Assembly (NCBI GenBank): GCA_035506675.1
Contig: DATJOX010000057.1
Location: 17,748-81,747 of the forward strand
Reading direction: 5' to 3'
Source: Methanomassiliicoccales archaeon
GTDB taxonomy: Archaea > Thermoplasmatota > Thermoplasmata > Methanomassiliicoccales > UBA472
DNA length: 64,000 nucleotides
Every line of letters begins with the position of its first letter. The stretch's first letter is position 1. This document shows positions 57,622 to 64,000 of the stretch, one piece after another. Made by a program: the position numbers and the translations under genes. The notes beneath the pieces are model-generated. The model saw only the letters and a list, made by a program, of their open reading frames with translations, was not told where the DNA came from and searched no databases.

Positions 57622-58412
57622 AGGGATCCCCCCTCGCCATGCGGTTCGAGAGAACAGCAGGCACTGCAGCGCGAATCGCGCCTGATCTCCAGCTCGTGGA
57701 ACTCCATGTATTCGCCATCGTATACCAGGAGTCGGTTCTCGAGCGTCCTCCCCACACCCGTGACGACCTTCACCGCCTCCGTGACTTGTAGGGCGCCGAG
57801 AACGCCGGCAGTTGCCCCCAGGATCGGGAAGACCTCCTTCGGCGGGACGTGTGGGAACACGCACTCCAGGCATGGAGTCCTCCCTGGAACGAAAGTTGAC
57901 ATGCGCCCCTCCATACCCCAGACCGAGGCATGGATGAAGGGGATGCGGTGTTTCAATGACGCACGGTTCAGCAGAAACCTCGTGGGGAAGTTGTCCACCG
58001 CGTCGACGATCAGGTCGTGCCCCGCGGTCAGATCTAGAACGTTGCCTTCATCGATCGTGCCCTTGAAAACGTTCACCTCGATGTGCTCGTTGATCTTCAT
58101 CAACTTGTCCCGCCCGCTCTCGACCTTCGGCCTGCCCACATCCTTGTCCCAGTGAAGGATTTGCCTGTTCAGGTTGCTGAGATCCACGACGTCCAGATCC
58201 GCGAGCGTTATGTGCCCGAAACCTGCGACCGCGAGGTAGATCGCGACTGGGCTTCCCAGTCCTCCGGCGCCGGCGACGAAGATCCTCGCGTTCTTGAGCT
58301 TCCGCTGCCCCTCCTCGCCGATGCCCTTGATCAAGATCTGGCGAGCGTATCGCTTGCGGTCGTACTCGTCCAAATCCGCGGTGATGGGTCGACTAGGCGA
58401 TGCCGTCGTCAT
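57606..58412 (-). CDS. ThiF/MoeB E1-like adenylyltransferase (copy 2)
   Basis: RYARQI, GAGGLG, SNLNRQ, DAVDN, CLEC, CSAC; overlaps both neighbours. Confidence 0.93.
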   Translation of the reverse strand: MTTASPSRPITADLDEYDRKRYARQILIKGIGEEGQRKLKNARIFVAGAGGLGSPVAIYLAVAGFGHITLADLDVVDLSNLNRQILHWDKDVGRPKVESGRDKLMKINEHIEVNVFKGTIDEGNVLDLTAGHDLIVDAVDNFPTRFLLNRASLKHRIPFIHASVWGMEGRMSTFVPGRTPCLECVFPHVPPKEVFPILGATAGVLGALQVTEAVKVVTGVGRTLENRLLVYDGEYMEFHELEIRRDSRCSACCSLEPHGEGGSLRRSV

Positions 58413-59340
58413 AGTGAGGCCTCCCAGGATGTGCCTTCCGGATGAACCGGTGCTCGAATATCTCTTTCTCTGGCAGAAGGCGCGAGATATAGCTCATGTC
58501 CTTGAGCACCTTCACGAACACCATGGTCGACTGGACGTACTGGGACGGCAGCGCCGCGCAGTACTTCGGCGACACCTTGTATGTCTCGAGCACGTACTCC
58601 GGATCGACGGTCTGCACGAGGCGGGAAACGATCCTAGCCGCCGCATGTGGGTCCTCCCGAACGAAGGCGCAGGCGCGCTCGTGCTGTTGAAGGAACTTGA
58701 TGACGGTATCATCGTCCCGCATCAGCGACGCGCTCACCAGAATCCCGTAGCTCGGGTTGTATGGCCACAGCTTGCTCGGAGGCACGACGATCTTGGTGTT
58801 CGCAAACCTTCTCGAAGCGACTGCCAGAGGAGGTGTGCCAATGGCCGCCGGAAGCTCTCGGTCGGTGATCGCCTCGAGCACGAAATCCGCCCACTGGTAG
58901 TTCTTGACCTCGATGTCATAGCCAGATTCTCGCACTATGTCCCGCGCGATCACATCGTGGATCGAACCCTTTGGGGGGGTGCCGATTGCCTTTCCGTCGA
59001 ATTGCTTTAGCACCTCGTCGATGCTCCCTAGCTCCTCAAGCCCGAGATATTCGGCCTGCGCGATCATCACCGTGCCTTCGACATGCCCTCCTGCCACGCA
59101 CTTGATCGGCACTCCGCGGGCGATGCCGACCACGGCCGGCGGCAAGCCGAGGTATCCCAGATCAATCATGCCGCCCTCGAATGCTTTGACAATGTCGGGG
59201 CCTGAGGCGAACAGCCTCCATTGGACGTCGAGGCCTTCCTTCTGCAGCCAGTCGACACCCTCCAGGATGAAAGAGGTATGGTAGAAGGTCGAGAGATGGC
59301 CGATGCGTAGGGGCGCGTCGCGCATGCTGATTGGAGGCAC
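58393..59340 (-). CDS. NMT1/THI5/SsuA-fold binding protein lacking a signal peptide
   Basis: LRIGHLSTFYH, FASGPDIVKAF..G.IDLGYLGLPP, TPPKGSIHD, WPYNP; in-frame TGA immediately upstream of the GTG. Confidence 0.85.
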   Translation of the reverse strand: MPPISMRDAPLRIGHLSTFYHTSFILEGVDWLQKEGLDVQWRLFASGPDIVKAFEGGMIDLGYLGLPPAVVGIARGVPIKCVAGGHVEGTVMIAQAEYLGLEELGSIDEVLKQFDGKAIGTPPKGSIHDVIARDIVRESGYDIEVKNYQWADFVLEAITDRELPAAIGTPPLAVASRRFANTKIVVPPSKLWPYNPSYGILVSASLMRDDDTVIKFLQQHERACAFVREDPHAAARIVSRLVQTVDPEYVLETYKVSPKYCAALPSQYVQSTMVFVKVLKDMSYISRLLPEKEIFEHRFIRKAHPGRPHYDDGIA

Positions 59341-59367
59341 TCAGGACGTTCTTCATTGTTTTGTTGC

Positions 59368-59429
59368 GTGGCCCGGAACCCTACATTGATATCTCCGCAT
59401 CTCGCCGAAACTAGGTGGCCCAACCCTAC
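59368..59429. repeat. Direct repeat GTGGCCC(GG)AACCCTAC x2
   Basis: Copies at 59368-59384 and 59415-59429 in the comE intergenic gap. Confidence 0.6.
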
Positions 59430-59477
59430 TGCGCTCGTTGCCGTGGATTTGGTGGGAACCAGCCTTGGGCCATGAAT

Positions 59478-60020
59478 CTAGATCGCTTTTGCGAACCTGC
59501 TGATGATATCCCTCGGCCCCATGGGCACCAGCGGAACATCCGCGTTGCCCGCCTCGACCTCTGCAACGATTGCGCCGGAAGGCATTTCCTTGACAAGCTT
59601 GTGAAGATGAGAGACGGAGGAAGTCCTTCGCACCGGCGCTATACCGGCAGCCTTCGCGAGCTCGCTCAACTTGATCCCGCATGACGATGCGCTCGGCTGG
59701 CAACCCGTCGAGCCATAGACCCCGTTGTCCATGATAACCAGAAGATAGTTGCCCCGGGCCTTGGCGGAGATCGTCGTCAGGCTGCCTAGGTTCATCAGAA
59801 TCGACCCGTCGCCGTCGATCGCTATCACCCTTCTGTCCTCGCGCGCGATCGCCAGGCCAAGACCGATTGAAGATGCCAAGCCCATCGATCCGAGCATATA
59901 GAAATTACGATCGCGATCGGCAACGCGGAACAGCTCCCTCGACGGAAACCCAAGGTTGCACACGATGAGTCCATCACCAGCCGCTTCGGCCACCGCTCGG
60001 ATCGCATCGATGCGTCTCAT
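59478..60020 (-). CDS. comE: Sulfopyruvate decarboxylase beta subunit
   Basis: NFYMLGSMG, DGDGSILMNLG (TPP motif), DNGVYGSTG; ATG 60020 overlaps the comD TGA. Confidence 0.9.
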   Translation of the reverse strand: MRRIDAIRAVAEAAGDGLIVCNLGFPSRELFRVADRDRNFYMLGSMGLASSIGLGLAIAREDRRVIAIDGDGSILMNLGSLTTISAKARGNYLLVIMDNGVYGSTGCQPSASSCGIKLSELAKAAGIAPVRRTSSVSHLHKLVKEMPSGAIVAEVEAGNADVPLVPMGPRDIISRFAKAI

Positions 60021-60517
60021 TGCGACCTCCAGAAGGCATTGTCCAGGAGTATCGCGACCGGCTTCCTCTCCCCTATTGATCGGCTCCAGCCTCCGACGAT
60101 CGCCTGTTCCGCTTCGCCCGGCCCCGGCTTGATCGCCGGAATCCCCATCGATCTCAGCAGCGGCTCCGTCAGCAGGCCCATCGGCACCTGGGCTGAGACC
60201 TCTTCGCCCTCGACCCCCCTGTGACTGACGATTATCAACAACGGGATTCCATAGAGCAGATCGAGCGAGGCGAGGGCGTTGATCGAATTGCCTAGGCCGG
60301 AGTTCTGCATGAGCAGTGCTGGCTTCATCCCGCCCAGGTACGCGCCGGCGCATATCCCGACACCCTCCTCTTCCCTCGAGACCGCGAGATGCCGGATCGA
60401 CGTGTCGGCCTCGATGAGAGCTATCAGATCAGTCAGGTTGACGCAGGGCACGCTGGTGACTATGCCTATGCCGATCTTCTTCATCCCGGAGAAGACCTCG
60501 TTCGCTTGAGCATTCAC
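60017..60517 (-). CDS. comD: Sulfopyruvate decarboxylase alpha subunit
   Basis: VPC, REEEGVGICAGAYLGG, LMQNSGLGN, HRG. Confidence 0.9.
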   Translation of the reverse strand: MNAQANEVFSGMKKIGIGIVTSVPCVNLTDLIALIEADTSIRHLAVSREEEGVGICAGAYLGGMKPALLMQNSGLGNSINALASLDLLYGIPLLIIVSHRGVEGEEVSAQVPMGLLTEPLLRSMGIPAIKPGPGEAEQAIVGGWSRSIGERKPVAILLDNAFWRSQ

Positions 60518-60557
60518 TTGCAGTCACCCGAGCCATGGAGTATCATGCTCTCATGCC

Positions 60558-61814
60558 TCAAGCGGCACACCTCCTCAACTCCCTTTGCACATCGGAGGCG
60601 AGCGCCTTGACATCTGCTCCTGCTTTCTTAACCTTGAGATCGAAATGCAGTTGCGTCACACCTCGCTCCGCCCTGAGCAACCTCTCTCCCCCACCAGTAA
60701 TGTTCAGCAGCACGACGTCTTCCGGGCCGACGCTTCCAGATTCGGCCGACTTCACCAAAGCGGCGACCGCGATCGCCGCCGCCGGCATAACGTCTACGCC
60801 CTCCGCTCTCTCGAAGAGCCTACGAGCGCGTTCTGCCTCGTCATTCGTGATTCCCTGGACAGACCCATGAGTGGATTTGAGGGCATCAATCACCCCTCCC
60901 TTCTGCGTGATCGGCGGCCTGCGGTTGAACAGCACCTCATCGTACATCCCCTTCGGGCATGCGGGATCGATCACGGCGTCCTTCAGAGCGGCGAGTATCG
61001 GCGCACAAGGCAGGTTCTGCGCAAGGTCCAGTACCGGCATCGCGCTCCCGAACCGCCCGTCCCGAATCAACCTCATCGACGCCTCCCAAGCGGCGATCGC
61101 TCCGGTCGCGCTCCCCACCGCCTGAACGTAGCGGTCCGGGATCCGGCCGATGGTGAGCGCTGCCTCCAGCATCACCGTCCCCATCCCGTCCCTTCGCGCG
61201 ATGTTCCTTGCCCCTCCCTCCGGGACGAAACCCTCTAGGCATGCGAGCTGTTCAGCGAGGACGATCGCGTCCGTGTAGTCGCCATCGACCGCAATCGTGC
61301 AAATTGTCTCGTGTCGTGATCCTTCGCCAGGCAACCATATCTTGTTCATCGCTGTAGCCGGCACCACCAGCGCCAGAGGTCGTCGGGTGACTGAGCAGGC
61401 GTGCGCGAATGCTCGACCGGTGTTCCCGGCGGAGGCGACGACGAGGATGTCCTCTTTCCCTTTTTCGATGAGACGCTCGACCGTCGGCGCCGCCTCCAGC
61501 TCTTTGAAGCTGCAGGTATGGAAAAGGGCGTTCTTGTCAGGCCAATAGCCATTGAACGATACGAACAGGTGCTTGATGCCGACCTCGGAGGCGAAGCCCT
61601 CGCTACGATAGGTCACGCTTCTTCCGTTCAACGCGGGAATGATGTCATTGGTCGGCAACCAGTCGAGGAACTTCCACATGCCAGGAAGATCCCTCGGAGT
61701 CAATCGGATCGCCGAATACTCGGCCCTGAGGAAGTGTGGATCGCTCGGACATGTGATCGCATGCTGGTCGCATTCGGAGCTGCAGCCCAGACAGCGCACG
61801 ACGTACTTCTTCAT
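60558..61814 (-). CDS. Cysteate synthase (threonine synthase-like, PLP)
   Basis: NGYWP, TCSFKELEA (PLP Lys), ASAGNTGRAFA, EGGARN, VLLNITGGG; adjacent to comDE. Confidence 0.9.
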   Translation of the reverse strand: MKKYVVRCLGCSSECDQHAITCPSDPHFLRAEYSAIRLTPRDLPGMWKFLDWLPTNDIIPALNGRSVTYRSEGFASEVGIKHLFVSFNGYWPDKNALFHTCSFKELEAAPTVERLIEKGKEDILVVASAGNTGRAFAHACSVTRRPLALVVPATAMNKIWLPGEGSRHETICTIAVDGDYTDAIVLAEQLACLEGFVPEGGARNIARRDGMGTVMLEAALTIGRIPDRYVQAVGSATGAIAAWEASMRLIRDGRFGSAMPVLDLAQNLPCAPILAALKDAVIDPACPKGMYDEVLFNRRPPITQKGGVIDALKSTHGSVQGITNDEAERARRLFERAEGVDVMPAAAIAVAALVKSAESGSVGPEDVVLLNITGGGERLLRAERGVTQLHFDLKVKKAGADVKALASDVQRELRRCAA

Positions 61815-61868
61815 TGGAGGATAGCGTTGCGAAGCCGCCGTAGAAATACCTTGTCGACCGCTGCGACG

Positions 61869-62507
61869 CTAGCGATACTCGGAAAGTCCGATGCGCTCCT
61901 CCACGCTCCAAACATAGTAGCCATGGCGTTCCTTCCTCGCTGCATTGACGGTGAGCTCGTCCTTCTTCCCCAGCGGCTCCCAGAACGAAAGCCCTTCGAG
62001 CATTTCCCACATCTGGTACGAACGCTCCGTCTCCTCATAGCCCAGCTTCCTTAGAAGCGACCGGGACTCGCTCTTCGGGGACTCGATGCAAATCGTTTCG
62101 TCCTTTGTGTGGGAAATGAAATCCTCGAACATGATCGTCGCGATGCCGTGGTGCCTCATCTCCGGGCGGACGTAGACCTGATGAAAGGTCGTTGGGTACC
62201 AGACGACCCCGAGCGCGGAGAAGTGCCGATGCGGGTGCCCGTCCTCATAGATATAATATCCAGCCGGCTCAAGCAGCTCGGTCGAATCGACCCAGACGAT
62301 CTTGGCCTTCTGCTTGGATGGTTCAAGAAGCGGGAATCCAGGGTCCGCCCCCTTGGCCTCCTCCTGCAAAGCCCTGAGGATGTACCGGTCGCGGTAGTCG
62401 CGCACTCCAGTGATCTTGACGAATGGCGCTTCCACGCACGATTTCGCCCTCTCCATCGGCACTGCGAACGATAGCCTAGGCTCGTTAGCGAAAGCTTGCA
62501 GACTCAT
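61869..62507 (-). CDS. GNAT-fold acetyltransferase-like protein
   Basis: VYVRPEMRHHGIAT resembles acetyl-CoA motif A; LLRKLGY. Confidence 0.7.
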   Translation of the reverse strand: MSLQAFANEPRLSFAVPMERAKSCVEAPFVKITGVRDYRDRYILRALQEEAKGADPGFPLLEPSKQKAKIVWVDSTELLEPAGYYIYEDGHPHRHFSALGVVWYPTTFHQVYVRPEMRHHGIATIMFEDFISHTKDETICIESPKSESRSLLRKLGYEETERSYQMWEMLEGLSFWEPLGKKDELTVNAARKERHGYYVWSVEERIGLSEYR

Positions 62508-62517
62508 CCCCTCCGAC

Positions 62518-62554
62518 TGTCTGACAGATATCAGACATCTTAGCTATAATAGCT
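62518..62554 (-). promoter_or_regulatory. Promoter with palindromic operator upstream of the GNAT gene
   Basis: TGTCTGA-N6-TCAGACA (62518-62537) and AGCTAT-A-ATAGCT containing the TATA box (62542-62554); GGAGGGG before the ATG. Confidence 0.55.
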
Positions 62555-62716
62555 TTCGGAGAGGGCTCCGAAAGTGAGATATTGCGATGTCCAGATAAAT
62601 TCATCATCGCCGCAATAGTCGTCAGACACTTCGGCATATCCCGGTGCTCGATTCAAAATCTCCCGCACAAGGCGAACGTCTTAAGACCAACACGCTCCGC
62701 TGATTTCTCGATCAAC

Positions 62717-63580
62717 ATGAAGCTCATCGATGTCGGTGGCGTCAGCTTGAACTACTCGGAGAGCGGGAACGGGGAACCGGTCGTCTTCTCGCATGGCATT
62801 CCGACGGACTACCGTGCGTGGAACGCGCAGGTCCCTGAGTTTTCAAAGGAATACCGCGTGGTCGCGTACAGCCGCAGATGTTCCTGGCCGAACTCGTCGA
62901 AGGACTTCAAGTCAAGCACGCTTGAGAACAACGCGAGCGATCTCGCGGGATTGATCCAAACGCTCGACGTTGGTCCAGTTCACCTGGTCGGGCACTCGTA
63001 TGGAGGAGGAGCTGCCATTCGCGTTGCGCGCCTTCATCCGGAACTCGTGAGAAGCCTCGTGCTGATCGAGCCTTACATCCCAACCGTCGTCATCAAGGAC
63101 CAGTCAAGCATGTTGCAGCGACTCTCCCTCCTGCTCCGCAGCCCATCCGTCGCCCTCGACGCGAATCGATTCAACAAACAACACTTGGCACCTGGTGTTG
63201 AAGCGTTGAAGACGGGCGACAAGGAGAAGGCGGCAAGGCTCTTCGCTACCGGTGTCCAAAACAACCCCGTGGCCTGGGAGATGCTTCCCCCTGATGCGCA
63301 GAAGATGATGATCGAGAACGGTGACAACGTGCTCGAATTGACCTCGCCCACCTCCCCGTTCTCGAAGGAGGATGCCCGCTCCGTGAAGCCACCGACGCTA
63401 TTAGTGAGGGGAGAGAACGGAACGAAGTCGCTGGCGGCGATCGTCCAGACCCTGCACGAAAAGATCTCGAACAACCGCATGGAGGTAGCGCCCCTGTCGG
63501 CGCACTTCCCGCACCTCGAGAACCCCACCTTCTTCAACGAGATGCTGATGAAGTTCCTGGTGGAGAATAGAAAGAAATGA
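62717..63580 (+). CDS. Alpha/beta-fold hydrolase
   Basis: HGIPTD, GHSYGG nucleophile elbow, AHFPHLE; start ATG 62717. Confidence 0.92.
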   Translation: MKLIDVGGVSLNYSESGNGEPVVFSHGIPTDYRAWNAQVPEFSKEYRVVAYSRRCSWPNSSKDFKSSTLENNASDLAGLIQTLDVGPVHLVGHSYGGGAAIRVARLHPELVRSLVLIEPYIPTVVIKDQSSMLQRLSLLLRSPSVALDANRFNKQHLAPGVEALKTGDKEKAARLFATGVQNNPVAWEMLPPDAQKMMIENGDNVLELTSPTSPFSKEDARSVKPPTLLVRGENGTKSLAAIVQTLHEKISNNRMEVAPLSAHFPHLENPTFFNEMLMKFLVENRKK

Positions 63581-64000
63581 GCGAGAAGAAGCCGGATCGC
63601 ACCATCACGCCGCAGCTCGGCGCACCCATCCCTCAGAAGCAAGGGCCGAACAAAGCGCTGGTCGTGGGCGTGGTCTTGATCGCGCTAGTGCTGGTTGTCG
63701 CGCTTCTCGCGGTCATCTTCTATGGACTGAACACAAACGGGAATGGAGGCGGAGGGGGGAACGGTACACACGTCGCCGAGCTGAACATCACCGTCGGCAG
63801 CGACATGGAATGGACGATGCACAACGGCTCCTCGGTCAACGGAGGCGTGCTGGCCATGTACCGCTGGACCGTCCTCGCGATACATGGCACAACGATAACG
63901 ATCAACGAAACGACGACGCTGGCAGGAGTGCCTGCCTCGACGACGAGCAAGAACGTCACGAAGAACGACTTCCTCATCGGCCCGACCCCCATAGGCACCC
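63577..64000 (+). CDS. Membrane-anchored surface protein, truncated by window edge
   Basis: Not in track. MSEKKPDRT..ALVVGVVLIALVLVVALLAVIFYG..LNITVGSDMEWTM..; ATG overlaps the hydrolase TGA. Confidence 0.75.
   Translation, partial: MSEKKPDRTITPQLGAPIPQKQGPNKALVVGVVLIALVLVVALLAVIFYGLNTNGNGGGGGNGTHVAELNITVGSDMEWTMHNGSSVNGGVLAMYRWTVLAIHGTTITINETTTLAGVPASTTSKNVTKNDFLIGPTPIGT

Noticed and set aside
213-61871. Amber read-through at the other TAG-terminated genes
   Set aside because: Those proteins look complete at the TAG, and several would run into neighbouring genes
582-62054. Many long alternative-frame ORFs in the track (e.g. 582-1295, 8622-9767, 22988-24244, 37402-38511, 54769-55623)
   Set aside because: They overlap well-supported genes, lack motifs and are R/D/V-rich shadows expected from high GC3 coding sequence
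1-64000. CRISPR arrays, IS elements, integrases, rRNA
   Set aside because: No regularly spaced repeats, terminal inverted repeats, transposase or recombinase motifs, or rRNA signatures were seen

Overview
GC-rich archaeal chromosome segment, most consistent with a methylotrophic methanogen of the Methanomassiliicoccales/Thermoplasmata type. This is inferred from RamA, MtaA-family, stand-alone MtrH-like, MTH865, DUF835, archaeal SepF and RHD-type kinases; taxonomy was not verified. About 55 genes and one tRNA-His are called; no CRISPR array, IS or integrase was seen. Two metabolic blocks stand out. (1) 1-12.5 kb: a corrinoid methyl-transfer cluster (MtrH-like, RamA, two URO-D/MtaA-family proteins, corrinoid protein, lone hydantoinase-A, Cys-rich regulator) with no recognisable substrate-specific MtaB/MtmB/MtbB/MttB. 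(2) 57.3-61.8 kb: a coenzyme M biosynthesis cluster (cysteate synthase, comD, comE) followed by a signal-peptide-less SsuA/THI5-fold protein, an E1-like enzyme and a ubiquitin-like sulfur carrier. This trio is a candidate route for the poorly understood final sulfoacetaldehyde-to-CoM step and is the best candidate for an undescribed system here. Other oddities: a circularly permuted substrate-binding domain on an FN3/PKD/CARDB stalk, a 4x171-aa repeat membrane protein, a Na/K-ATPase-like P-type pump with a USP-like tail, acr3 split by an in-frame TAG, an oxidoreductase with an internal deletion, candidate CTG and ACG starts, a structured 5' leader that begins with a copy of the tRNA-His 3' end, and several palindromic operators. 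All assignments come from motif recognition by eye; no searches were run.
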